From Octopus sinensis (taxonomy: Eukaryota), in assembly GCF_006345805.1 (NCBI RefSeq), contig NC_042999.1, forward strand, positions 22,506,001 to 22,570,000: a stretch of 64,000 bases of DNA. Direction: 5' to 3'. Positions within the stretch are counted from its first letter, which is position 1; every line of letters starts with the position of its first letter. The notes below the pieces were generated by a model. That model was given only the letters and a program-made list of their open reading frames with translations. It made no database searches and had not been told where the DNA came from. Positions 48,901-61,207 of the stretch are shown here, one piece after another. The position numbers and the translations under genes are program-made.

Positions 48901-49553
48901 TATAGCTCTTGATCTTGTTTGGCCCTAGGACAGTCTCGATCAGGCAGGCCTATGGGCAAAAGATTTTAATTATCCTGATTTATTGCTCTCCTTCCAGGCA
49001 CAGAATATCTCAGAAGAACATGATCCAATACAGTATATTTTGAATCGAGGAATCATTTGTTTACTATTTCTAGCAGGTCAGCCGGTCGCGAAGAGACTCG
49101 TATATTTGTATGCTTAAACCATATTTAGTAGTCAGGCTCGAGAACAGAATGAGAACGGGGTATTTGTTATGTACCCCAGCATGCATCCGGTTGTATTGAT
49201 ATAGAACTGGACTAGCTGTACTGTTGTAAATATTATTAAGTTTGCATCGATGGTCTCCAAAATCATTGTTCGTGATATCGTGTCAATGTGCCATCGTGTC
49301 ACCGTGCCATCGATCCTAAAATGCTTTGCTTGTGATATAGAGAATATGTATGTGTGTGTGCGCAGGCACTTATGTGGATGTGTGAGTGTGTTTGTGCGTG
49401 CACGAAAAAGATGTATATCATGTATATATATATATATATAATATATATATATATATAATTACATTATTTTATATTATATATTCTTTTACTGGTTTGTCAT
49501 TTGACTGTAGCCATGCTGGAGTACCGCTTTAAAAAAAAAAACAAAAGAAAGGA

Positions 49554-49625
49554 TGCGTCGGCCGGGAGTCGAACCCGGATCGACTGCTTGGAAGGCAACC
49601 ATGCTAACCGTTACACCACCGACGC
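49554..49625 (-). tRNA. trnG-TCC: tRNA-Gly (TCC)
   Basis: The minus strand reads GCGTCGGTGGTGTAACGGTTAGCATGGTTGCCTTCCAAGCAGTCGATCCGGGTTCGACTCCCGGCCGACGCA, a 72-nt cloverleaf with anticodon TCC and a downstream T-run. Confidence 0.96.
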
Positions 49626-50092
49626 CTCTCATACAAGCAACACATATATTACATATATATTTGTGTGTGTGTGTGTGTGCGTGTATGTACGTGTGTGTGT
49701 ATTTTTATATGTATACATAAATTATATAAGAGATAATGGTGTCATTGAGACCCAAAGGTGTCAGGCAACGCTGAATGAGTACTATAGACAGGCCATAGTT
49801 AAGTCCCAGATTCGGTAATATTGCGAATAAAGGTTCAACGTTGGTTCTATGTCAGCGTGTGTATATTCTTATATACATAAATTATATATGTATATTTGAA
49901 TATATGCAATATATAAAATTATAGATTAATAACTCATATATGTATATATTACACACATGCATATACATAAACTGCCTTATATTTTTGGATATGTTTATAT
50001 ATATATATATATATATATTACCGGAGTAAGCACATAAATGTGAAGCAAGGTGGAAAAAAAGAGTACTCAAAAACCAGGGGTGGTTCTATTCT

Positions 50093-50146
50093 AGCAAAAA
50101 CTGTCCGACGAACGGGAACGTGAAACTCAGAGTAACAGGTTTTGTT
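50093..50146 (+). ncRNA. Minimal type I hammerhead ribozyme-like motif, U4C
   Basis: Stem I …CAAAAACTGT / ACAGGTTTTG…, core CCGACGA, stem II ACG-GGAA-CGT, then GAAA, CTC-A-GAG and a GUA site ending at 50134. AATAAA and (TA)n follow. Confidence 0.7.
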
Positions 50147-50171
50147 GATTTTCTGCTGCTTTTAAATAAAG

Positions 50172-50251
<80 letters not shown>

Positions 50252-50301
50252 AATACACACACATATAGATATATATATATATATATAAATACACACACAC
50301 A

Positions 50302-50355
<54 letters not shown>

Positions 50356-50409
50356 CATATATATAGATATATATATATATATATAATATATATAATATTA
50401 ATATATATA

Positions 50410-50442
<33 letters not shown>

Positions 50443-50588
50443 GTAAACAGTAAAAATAATTACAGACATGGACAAGAACATGAAACACCACAGAGACGAC
50501 ACCAGAACCACAGGACGGGCATTCGAAGCCCTCAGTCATCAGTCAAGAACCAGATCATCTTAGCAATTTCGGCTGATTAATCTATATA

Positions 50589-50620
<32 letters not shown>

Positions 50621-50841
50621 CTGTACTGTCTTATGTCCCTCTCCACCACTACACACTCAATAACACTATAAAATGGTCAAAACTTTATCACAGGAACTTA
50701 GTTGGATTTGAAAACCGCACTAGAATGGGAGAAAGCGCTAATATATGATCTAAGTTATATGATGTACAAAAATATGTAATATACAAATAAATATCTGTAA
50801 ATATAAAACCATCCGAATTTCTGAGTACCTCATTTCTTCTT

Positions 50842-50894
<53 letters not shown>

Positions 50895-50896
<2 letters not shown>

Positions 50897-51105
50897 TCTC
50901 TTTTACTCTTTTACTTGTTTCAGTCATTTGACTGCGGCCATGCTGGAGCACCGCCTTTAGTCGAGCAAATCGACCCCGGGACTTATTCTTTGTAAGCCCA
51001 GTACTTATTTTTTCGGTCTCTTTTGCCGAACCGCTAAGTTACGGGGACGTAAACACACCAGCATCGGTTGTCAAGCAATGCTTGGGGACAAAAACAGACA
51101 CACAA

Positions 51106-51138
<33 letters not shown>

Positions 51139-51165
51139 ACACACACAACACACACAACACCACAT

Positions 51166-51218
<53 letters not shown>

Positions 51219-51380
51219 TATATACGACAGGCTTCTTTCAGTTTCCGTCTACCAAATCCACTCACAAGGCATTGGTCGGCCCGGGACTATAGCAGAAGAC
51301 ACTTGCCCAAGATGCCACGCAGTGGGACTGAACCCGCAACCATGTGGTTGGTTAGCAAGCTACTTACCACACAGCCACAT
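50895..51380 (-). mobile_element. SINE family A, full length
   Basis: Complete match. Confidence 0.9.
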
Positions 51381-52058
51381 GCATTTGTCATGCAATATTT
51401 ATACAAGTACATACATACATACATACATACATACGTACATACATACATACATACATACATACATACATACATACATACATACATACGTACGTACATACGT
51501 ACATACAAACGTACGTACATACATACATACATACATACATACATACATACATACATACATACATACATACATACATACATACATACATGTGCTGTGGGTT
51601 TTTTATTTTTTATAGAATCGGATGAAAACAGCTGACAGCTTTCACTCATATCTTCATATTCTGACGTTGTTACTGCTAAGCGAGTTTGACATATAGGTGT
51701 AAGTTACCGAAGAAATCTGCTCGCTCGTGCCTATGGCTATGGGAGAGGTAGAGAGAGAGAGAGAGAGAAATAGAGAGAGAACGAGAGAAAGAGAGTGTTG
51801 TGTGTGTCTGTGTGTGTACGTATTAACTGTATAAATAAATATTCTGAAGTATCGCTCGTTTGTTTTCTATTTTTATACCCGAAACAATTAGAGATAAAAC
51901 TTGATACCCTAGAGACGATTTGTAATAAATATATAAACAGACATAACTGCTGGGTGGGTTAAGAAAGCTCACTTCTCAACCTAGTGGTTTCAGGTTCAGT
52001 CTCACCGTGCAGCACCTTGGACAAATATCTTCAACTTTAGATCCTAAATGATTAGTGC

Positions 52059-52764
52059 GGTACTACTTAAGAAGAGTGGTCCCGGTGCGTGCACTCGCGT
52101 ATTTGTGCATTCGCGCTAGCTAGTCGTGACTAGTCGATCCTTACTTTGTGTTTTTGTTTTGTTTACTTTGTTTTTAAAAAAAGATCTTTTCGGTTTGAAC
52201 GGCAGTCTTTTCTAGCGGTGTCATATGAAATTGACATCCATAATTATGACCCTAGTATCGATCTATTGCATTCAATCTGTTTTAGGGTTAGTTAGAGTTA
52301 GGGTTAGGGTTAGCGGTGGGGGAAGGGTATCTTTTTTTTTTCACAAATGTAAATAAATCCAATCTGTTTCTTAAACGAGGGACATATTCATACGGCACAG
52401 AATGTTTTTTTTACCTCAATGGACGTCATTGATTGGTTGAAATTGCAGAAATTGAAGGAAAAAAACAACAAATATCTTACAAACTATAGAATTTTCTCAA
52501 TAAAGCCAAGAGATAAAGATGTTTTATAAACGCAGTCTACCAGTATACGAAGTTTAAAATTGTTTAGTTACCTAGAAATTATGTTAAGAACTGCCGTTCA
52601 AACCGAAAAGATCCCAAAAATTATTTACTTTGTGTAAAAAATTATTTATTTTGTGTTTTATTTACTTTGCTAGGTAGTCGTTGTAGGATTGACTAGTCAC
52701 GACTAGCTAGCGCGGATGCGCAAGAACGCGAGTGCACACACCAGGACCACTCTTAATTAGTACC
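52059..52764. mobile_element. GGTACTAC-TIR MITE (copy 2) hosting a nested MITE
   Basis: Same TIRs as 16243-16503. The flanks GATTAGTGC and AACTAGTGC may be a degenerate 9-bp TSD (7/9, MULE-like). Confidence 0.85.
52183..52613. mobile_element. Nested GATCTTTTC-TIR MITE with internal TTAGGG-like repeats
   Basis: TIR GATCTTTTCGGTTTGAACGGCAG / CTGCCGTTCAAACCGAAAAGATC, with TTAGGGTTAGTTAGAGTTAGGGTTAGGGTTAG at 52282-52313. Confidence 0.88.
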
Positions 52765-53080
52765 AACTAGTGCAGTGTTACTGAATTTCGTAGATGAAAA
52801 ACTCTGGAGAAGCCCGTCGTATATATATAATTGTGAGTGTGTGTATGTAGAAAGCTGTATGTTGCCATTGTTGTTGTTGTTATTATTGTTACTATGTGAG
52901 GATTCAAATAACCTATTTCAGTCAGAAAGCTAGATAAACCATAATGTTTTTTTTGGGGGGGGGGGTGCCACTTCAACATGGCTCTTCCGTACGAAACATC
53001 ACTACTATTTTTTTAACCCCCAGGAAAACATGTGTCCGACAGTTTTTTTAATGTTCGTACTTTTATTTATAATATATTTC

Positions 53081-53690
53081 GGATCTTGACCTTTTTGACC
53101 TACAGATTTTTAAAATAATTTTTTGTAACTAAACACTTTCAAACTTCGGACACTGGTAGAATGTGTCATATAAAAACATCTTTTGCTTTTAGCGTTTTTG
53201 AGAAAAGCTTATATTTACGAAGTTATTTCACGTTAAAGTTCTCGTATTTCGGTAATTTCAACCAATCAATGACGTGTATTCAGCTGAATAAAATTACTGC
53301 CGTTGTTTGTGAACAACAACAATTATCGGCGTATATTTTTTCGTTTGTCACTGTTATTTATGACATCCTTCGTGAGTTTGTATTGATTTTAGCTTTAAGG
53401 TTTTAGGGTTTTAGGGTTAGGGTTAGGGTTTGACAAACGAAATATACACCGCCGAAAGTTCTTGTTGACAAACAACAGCAATAATTTTATTCAACTGAAT
53501 ACACGTCATTGATTGGTTGAAATTACCGAAATACTACAACTTTAACGTGAAATAACTTCCTAAATATAAGCTTTTCTCAAAAACGCTAACAGTAAAAGAT
53601 GTTTTATATGACACATTCTACCAGTGTCCGAAGTTTGAAAGTGTTTAGTTACAAAGAAATTATCTTTTAAATCTGTCGGTCAAAATATAT
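53081..53690. mobile_element. Foldback MITE with ~255-bp arms and a TTAGGG-containing loop
   Basis: 53095-53350 is the reverse complement of 53432-53688, and the loop contains TTTTAGGGTTTTAGGGTTAGGGTTAGGGTT. Confidence 0.9.
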
Positions 53691-53944
53691 ATTTCCGTTC
53701 AAATGTCTTTGTTGGTTGAGGGAACGTGTCTGGTCCACTTCTTGAATTGAATGTCGGCTAGCAAAGAAGACAATTTTCAATTTTTTTTTTTTTCCATAAA
53801 TATGACTGAAAAAAATTTTTTTAAACTCTTCCTGGAATTATAGTTGTGTAATGAAATTTAGATAATCCAAGTTTTGCAGGTTTCGTGTATGGAGTCTTGG
53901 TTGTGTATGAATGTTGGATGGTTGTAGAATGCTAGGGAGGAGCG

Positions 53945-54485
53945 AAGACTCGTGGTCGTCTGCAAAAGTAGATAGCAATTGATGAAGAGAGCAGAAGACA
54001 AAACCGAATCCTGAGGAATACCAGAGTTGAATGAGAGTTGAGCAGAAAGAGCTCCATTAACACATACCTCGATGATATGATCAGATAGGAAGCTAACGAA
54101 CCAAGAGATGAGAGATTAATGGAGTCCATAGGCGGGAAGTTTTGATAGGAGAGTTACATGGCAAACACAAAGGCTCTGCTGATGTCTAAGATAACAGTAT
54201 TGTTATCGCCGAACTTCAATAGAGAGAGAAAGAAAGAAAGAGACAGAAACAGAGAGAGAGAGAGAGAGAGCAGCGGGGAGTGATATAAGAGAGTTGGTCG
54301 CCAGTAGATTATTCTCTACGAAAGCTGAAGGGAGAGAGAGGGAGAGAGAGAAAGATTCAAGGTGTTGAAGAATATCTTTAATGGCCGTCATCATTAATTT
54401 AGAGATGTTGCAGGTGAGAGAAATAGTACGATAGTTGACAAGGTCAGAGGGGTTGTCTTCTTTGGAATGGAATACGGGACATACT
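53945..54485 (-). mobile_element. CR1/Jockey-group LINE reverse-transcriptase fragment
   Basis: Across frameshifts it reads PIPKKTTPSDLVNYRTISLTCNISKLM…, ILDISRAF, LLSKLPAYG…SWFVSFLSD, NSGIPQDSVLS and FADD. Confidence 0.85.
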
Positions 54486-54592
54486 GAAGCTTATATACAA
54501 ATGTCAGGATACATCCTCGTAGAGACGTTCCCTCAACCAACAAAGACATTTCAGCGGAAATATAGGATGTTTTGGTGATAAAGTATAAACAT

Positions 54593-54787
54593 AGCGGATC
54601 TTTACCTTTTGACCGACAGATTTTAAAAATAATTTTTTGTAACTAAACACTTTAAAACTTCGGACACTGGTAGAATGTGTCATACAAAACATTTTTTACA
54701 CTTAGCGTTTTTGAGAAAAGCTTATATTTAGGAAGTTATTTCACGTTAAAGTTGTAGTATTTCGGTAATTTCAACCAATCAATGACG
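54593..54787. mobile_element. Single arm of the GATCTTTT foldback MITE
   Basis: GGATCTTTTACCTTTGACCGACAGATTTTAAAAATAATTTTTTGTAACTAAACAC…CCAATCAATGACG. Confidence 0.8.
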
Positions 54788-54827
54788 AATTTTGGTAAGT
54801 ACAGGAGCAAGTTTCGGAGCTCAACGC

Positions 54828-55421
54828 TCGAGTTTAATGGCGGGGTGACATATTCGAGGTCATTGACCCTATTTGTTCTAAGCAACTTGGAATGTGTGTA
54901 TGACGACTGGGGAACCAACTGAAGTTCAAAAGAAAAGATTTGAAGGGAACTGGCCAAGGTTACGTACTATGGAGGTGAAGCGTAACAAACGGTGGCGGCT
55001 TTTTCCCTTTGTATTTTTTTTTTTTTTCCTATTTTGAATTCTTGTGTATTTTCCTTTACATCTGTTTTTGCAGCAAGTGTTACAAATATAAAACAAATTT
55101 TGTCAGTTTTCCAGAATTAAGTACAAAATTTATTACAATAACACACAGAACATACTTGCGAAACCGCCTCGCCCCCACACGCATAGTACTTCCGTCTCTC
55201 TCTCAATTTATTTCCCCGCGTTAAATACAAATGTATGCGTGCATGCGTATATTGTTTCGTAATTAATAATGCACTGTAATTTTTGAATAATGAATTATAA
55301 TTATTTATTTAATTAATTAACCACTCGTTGAATGTGTTGCATTGTTATACAAATTACCAATTTAGTTGGAGCACCGCCTTTAGTCTAGCAAATCCGACCT
55401 CAGTACTTATTCTTTGTAAGC

Positions 55422-55463
<42 letters not shown>

Positions 55464-56493
55464 GTATGTATATATATACATCATACATACATACATACAT
55501 ACATACATACATACATACATACATACATACATACATACATACACAACGAGGGACATATTCAACGACACAGAATGTTTTTTACCCCAATAGGCGTAACTGA
55601 TTGGTTGAAATTGCAGAAATTGAAGAAAAAAAACACAAATATCTTACAAACTATAGAATTTTTCTCAATAAAGCCAAGAGAAAAAGATGTTTTAATAACA
55701 CATTCTACCAGTATACGAAGTTAAAAATTTTTAGTTACCTAAAAGTTACGTTAAAACTCCCGTTCAAACAAAACCGAAAAGATCCATGACGTATTCTATC
55801 GNNNNNNNNNNNNNNNNNNNNNNNNNNNNNNNNNNNNNNNNNNNNNNNNNNNNNNNNNNNNNNNNNNNNNNNNNNNNNNNNNNNNNNNNNNNNNNNNNNN
55901 NTCGAGTTTAATGGCGGGGTGACATATTCGAGGTCATTGACCCTATTTTTCTAAGCAACTTGGAATGTGTGTATGACGACTGGGGAACCAACTGAAGTTC
56001 AAAAGAAAAGATTTGAAGGGAACTGGCCAAGGTTACGTACTATGGAGGTGAAGCGTAACAAACGGTGGCGGCTTTTTCCCTTTGTATTTTTTTTTTTTTC
56101 CTATTTTGAATTCTTGTGTATTTTCCTTTACATCTGTTTTTGCAGCAAGTGTTACAAATATAAAACAAATTTTGTCAGTTTTCCAGAATTAAGTACAAAA
56201 TTTATTACAATAACACACAGACACATACTTGCGAAACCGCCTCGCCCCCACACGCATAGTACTTCCGTCTCTCTCTCAATTTATTTCCCCGCGTTAAATA
56301 CAAATGTATGCGTGCATGCGTATATTGTTTCGTAATTAATAATGCACTGTAATTTTTGAATAATGAATTATAAATTATTTATTTAATTAATTAACCACGT
56401 TGAATGTGCTTGCATTGTTATACAAATTACCAATTTAGTTGGAGCACCGCCTTTAGTCTAGCAAATCGACCTCAGTACTTATTCTTTGTAAGC

Positions 56494-56533
<40 letters not shown>

Positions 56534-56870
56534 GTATGTATATATATACATACATACATACATACATACATACATACATACATACATACATACATACATA
56601 CATACATACATACACAACGAGGGACATATTCATACGACACAGAATGTTTTTTACCCCAATAGGCGTAACTGATTGGTTGAAATTGCAGAAATTGAAGAAA
56701 AAAAACAACAAATATCTTACAAACTATAGAATTTTCTCAATAAAGCCAAGAGAAAAAGATGTTTTATAAACACATTCTACCAGTATACGAAGTTAAAAAT
56801 TTTTTAGTTACCTAAAAGTTACGTTAAAAACTGCCGTTCAAACCGAAAAGATCCATGACGTATTCTATCG
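54828..56870. repeat. ~970-bp direct duplication on both sides of an assembly gap
   Basis: 54828-55801 matches 55902-56870 and differs mostly by 1-2-nt indels. Each copy contains a SINE-A fragment and a MITE right half. Confidence 0.9.
55802..55901. other. Assembly gap (100 N)
   Basis: Run of N. Confidence 1.
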
Positions 56871-57544
56871 ATCTCAGAAGGAGGCAAAAATAAGAAGAAT
56901 ATGAGGAAGACTGAGGAAGAGTGAAAAAGATATGGAAGACAGGAGGGAATACTAAACAGAAATCCGAAATCCAACAATAATTTCAATAACACCATCTATT
57001 AAATAAAATCAAGGAGGACATTTGGCAGACAGCCATGTTGCTTATCTAATTCATAAAATGAAATTATTTTCAATATAAGCACTTCGTTAAGAAGTTCATT
57101 AAGTTATCGCGAATACACCTGTAGATATTTCGTAGCATTCACGCTATGCGTACATCTGGAGCTCAGACATCTGATAGCGATCATCTTTCTCTAGATTATA
57201 TTCACATCGTTCACGGATCTCAGAACTGTACACATTGAAAGGTATACTTGCCAGTTAAACACGTCAGTTGTCGAGCTAACAATAGAGCCTCTGCGTAGTC
57301 ACAGAACTTGCTAGAAATAGCAGCAACAAATCTTCCTCAGAATGATCCTACACACAGTTTTAAATGTAACGTGTGTATGTATACGCGTGTTTGACTAGAA
57401 GGAAACACTATATAATGAAGTCCAAGGTAGACGCTTCTCCAAATTACAAATTTTGTATGAATTTTAAAAAAGCTATTGACATCGGTTTTTCTCTGCCTTT
57501 CAAACTCTGTATAATGTTCAGAGTACTTACGGTAGACAGTTGTT

Positions 57545-57845
57545 GTTTGTTCCTTCTCGAGCCATGCCTGGCTCATAAGTGCCGGTTTCCTGGTTTCTTT
57601 GGTGTATAGGTTCCCCACCTGGATGGGATGCCGGTCCGTCGCAGGTGAGTTGCAAGATGCAGGAGAAAAGAGTGAGAGAAAGTTGTGGCGAAAGAGTCAG
57701 CAGAAGTTCGCCATTGCCTTCTGCCGGAGCCACGTGGAGCTTAGGTGTTTCACTCATAAACACACACATCGCCCGGTCTGAGATTCGAAGCCGCGATCCC
57801 TCGACCGCGAGTCCGCTGCTCAAACCACTAGGCCATGTGCCTCCC
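57545..57845 (-). mobile_element. SINE family C
   Basis: Close homologue of 7280-7593. Confidence 0.88.
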
Positions 57846-58164
57846 CATGGGAGACAGTAAATTCATTAAATCGTACATATCAGAAAAATATACTGGGTGC
57901 ATGTGTGGGTTATATTTAAACAAACACACACACACAAACAAACACAAACCCTACACACGTGAGTACATATGTACATGTATATGTCTTATGTGTGTGTGTG
58001 GTGTGTGTGGAGACGCATGGCTTAGGGGTTAGGGTGTTGCACTCTTAATCGTAAGGTTGGACCAGGCCATGCGTTGTATTCTTGAGCAAGGCACTTCATT
58101 TCCTGCTACCCCAGTACACTCAGTTGGCGAAAGTGAGCAATCCTACAACAAACCGGCGAGCCGT

Positions 58165-58232
58165 CCGCGAAATTTTTTTCCCACGAGAGTTCCGGACCCC
58201 AGTAATGAACTCATTTGCATACAGCCAATCAG
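58165..58232. promoter_or_regulatory. Candidate Pol II promoter: E2F-like site, ETS core, octamer and NF-Y CCAAT box
   Basis: CCGCGAAA (58165-72), TTCCGG (58190-95), ATTTGCAT (58213-20) and AGCCAATCAGA (58223-33) cluster in non-repeat DNA. A pyrimidine-rich tract follows, then a GTAAGT donor at 58486. Confidence 0.45.
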
Positions 58233-58556
58233 AGCAAAGCCACTTTTATCCTTTCTTCCTTTCTTGTCAGCACCGTGCATTCGTTACTCTTTCTCCCTCT
58301 ACTGGCAGACAGCAACTTCTCCGTCCTCTAATTACGTGTCGAGCAAACGAATAAATATATCTAAATGATATTTCTTCTTTCATGGCGTAGATCCTTCGAT
58401 GTTCACAGGTTACTCCGACGTTGGCACGATAATACACTTGCCCAAACTCAATTGCTGGAGTTATTTCATTTCTTTCCAGAAATTTAGTAAGTTATACAGC
58501 TTTAAAGTTTGATTATTTTCACCCAGTCAGGAAACAGATCAAATTTTAAAACTCTA

Positions 58557-58592
<36 letters not shown>

Positions 58593-58623
58593 ATATTCAT
58601 ATATATATATATATATATATATA

Positions 58624-58665
<42 letters not shown>

Positions 58666-58705
58666 ATAATATATATAACTATATATATGTATATATATGC
58701 AATAT

Positions 58706-58736
<31 letters not shown>

Positions 58737-58887
58737 CACTATATATATATTATATATATAAATACATACATATTATAATACATATATATGTATATATATG
58801 CATATACACACACACACCACCAACACACACACACACCACACACACACACACAACACACACACATATATATATTATATATATATATTA

Positions 58888-59283
58888 TATATAAAAGGAA
58901 ATGAAGAAAATGCTGACAAAATAATTTAAGTAATTTAAGTAATTTAATTAGGTGAAAGTTCTTTTTACCGGTTGCGCATTTTCTTATGCTTATCAAAAGT
59001 TTTTTTCCTCTTATCTGATAAGAGGAAAAAAACTTGATAAGCATAACAAATGCGCAACCGGTAAAAAGAACTTTCACCTAATTAATTACTTCAATTATTT
59101 TGTCAGCATTTTCTTCATTTCCTTTTATATATATATATAAAGTTTTTTTCCTCTTATCTGATAAGAGGAAAAACTTTTGATCATAACAAATGCGCAACCG
59201 GTAAAAAGAACTTTCACCTAATTAAATTACTTAAATTACTTAAATTATTTTGTCAGCATTTTCTTCATTTCCTTTTTTATATA
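58888..59283. repeat. Near-spacerless ~245-bp palindrome plus a repeat of its centre and right arm
   Basis: Symmetry about T59016 (…CCTCTTATC-T-GATAAGAGG…). The centre and right arm repeat at 59139-59283. Confidence 0.9.
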
Positions 59284-59315
59284 TCACAACTCGTGTTCCA
59301 CATCTCCTCCTTTTT

Positions 59316-59373
<58 letters not shown>

Positions 59374-59374
59374 C

Positions 59375-59474
<100 letters not shown>

Positions 59475-59494
59475 CGGTAGCCACTACACACATT

Positions 59495-59640
59495 TTTTCT
59501 CCTCCCTGGTTCTTTCGGTAGAAGAGCATAGGCTCGAAACGTAAAAGACTTTTTCTATTCCTGAGCGTTATACTAATACATCTGTTTGTTTTCTACACCA
59601 CCTGTCTTCGTCTTTTGTTTTTTTCGTGAATTCTCTCCCT
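59495..59640 (+). mobile_element. Penelope-like terminal fragment with a variant hammerhead-like motif, in (TA)n
   Basis: TCTTT-CGGTAGA-A-GAGC-ATAG-GCTC-GAAAC-GTA-AAAGA (59511-59548) plus the family tail. Confidence 0.55.
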
Positions 59641-59659
59641 ATATATATATATACACACG

Positions 59660-60035
59660 CAGTAGAGGTGCAATGGTTAAAGCAGCGGACTCGCGGTGAT
59701 AGGATCACGGTTTCGATTTGCAGGCCAGGTGTTGCGAGTGTTTCTTGAGCGAAATCACTTAAAACTCCACAAGTCTCCGCAGGGGATGGTGGCGAACCCT
59801 CCTGTACTCATTCATCACAACTTTCTCTCACTCTTTCTTCTTGTTTATGTTGTGCCTGTATTTAAAAGGGTCAGCCTTGTCACACACCGTCTCACGCTGA
59901 ATTTCTCCGAGAACTACGTTAGTGGTACGCGTGTCTGTGGAGTGCTCAGTCACTTGCACGCTAATTTCACGAGCAGGTTGTTCCGTTAATCGGATCAACT
60001 GGAACCTACGTCGTCGTAACCGACGGAGTGCCCTA
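59660..60035 (+). mobile_element. SINE family C with a D-type tail
   Basis: GAGGTGCAATGGTTAAAGCAGCGGACTCGCGG head and …CGTAACCGACGGAGTGCC tail. Confidence 0.8.
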
Positions 60036-60259
60036 GTATATACACACACACATTCATGTTTGTGTGTATGTGTGCAGTAAATTTTCCTCAGAGCAAACTC
60101 CACATACGTATGTGTTTGTGTGTGTGTGTGTGGTGTGTGCATATATTCTACCGGTCGAAGAAGGACCCGAACACAGTGATGTGCGGCAGTACACCAATGA
60201 AACTACCTTCCCTCATGCAGGGGTTTAACCCCGGTTGTCGGCTTAGTGATTTGATCACC

Positions 60260-60341
60260 CCATAATGGCTTCTACTATAGCCCAGGGCCAATCAAAAGCC
60301 TTGTGAGTGAATTTGGTGGACGGAAACTGAAACAAGCCCGT

Positions 60342-60379
<38 letters not shown>

Positions 60380-60405
60380 TTTGTGTGTGTGTGTGTGTGT
60401 GTGTT

Positions 60406-60446
<41 letters not shown>

Positions 60447-60630
60447 ACCTTGTTTGTCTCCCACTGTTGGTGTATTATGTCCCCATAACTTAGCGGTTCA
60501 ACAAAGAAATCGATAGAATAAGTGCCAGCCTTTTTTTTAAAAAAAGTACTGAAGTCGATTCATTCGACTAAAGTTCTTCAAGGCGGTGCTCCTGTATGGC
60601 CGCAATGTAATGACAGAAACATGTAAGAGA
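60260..60630 (+). mobile_element. Diverged SINE-A lacking its head
   Basis: Core, (GT)n and tail match. Confidence 0.75.
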
Positions 60631-60884
60631 CAGATAGATATATAGATTGATTGATAGAGGGATGGATAGCGAGAGAGAGAGAGAGAGAGAGAGGTTTTCC
60701 TATTTTAGCTTTTGCACCAGAATTCTTCAGAGCCGTTTCAACTCAGTGTTACGAAAAAAAATATTTCTATTCAACAAACCGATATATTTGTACATTTTAT
60801 TTTAAAAGATGAAATATTTATTTCAATTAAATCCTCTTTTAGCGGTACTATTCATTTTTGTGATAAAATTTGAAGAAAGTGTGA

Positions 60885-60888
60885 TGAT

Positions 60889-60935
<47 letters not shown>

Positions 60936-60962
60936 GGTGGTGGGTGGTGGTGGTGATGATGG

Positions 60963-60996
<34 letters not shown>

Positions 60997-61095
60997 GGTG
61001 GTGGTGGTGATGATGGTGATGATGATGATGATGATGATGGGTGGTGGTGGTGGTGGTGGTGGTGGTGATGATGGTGATGGTGATGGTGATGAAGT
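60885..61095. repeat. (GAT)/(GGT) compound microsatellite
   Basis: Seen directly. Confidence 0.95.
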
Positions 61096-61207
61096 CGACA
61101 ATGATAATTTTGTTTTTATTTTTCTCGTTATTTTTATTTGTTATTCCATTATCGTTTTGATTATCTTTTTGATTAATCAATTAATGCTGTTTTTTTTTTT
61201 ATTTCAG

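Noticed and set aside
54868-54882. AGGTCA-T-TGACCC nuclear-receptor IR1 element
   Set aside because: It is a single 13-bp motif (duplicated only by the gap artefact) with no supporting context.
54896-55010. ORF MTTGEPTEVQKKRFEGNWPRLRTMEVKRNKRW
   Set aside because: No recognisable domain or splice signals; it runs into poly-T and repeat sequence.
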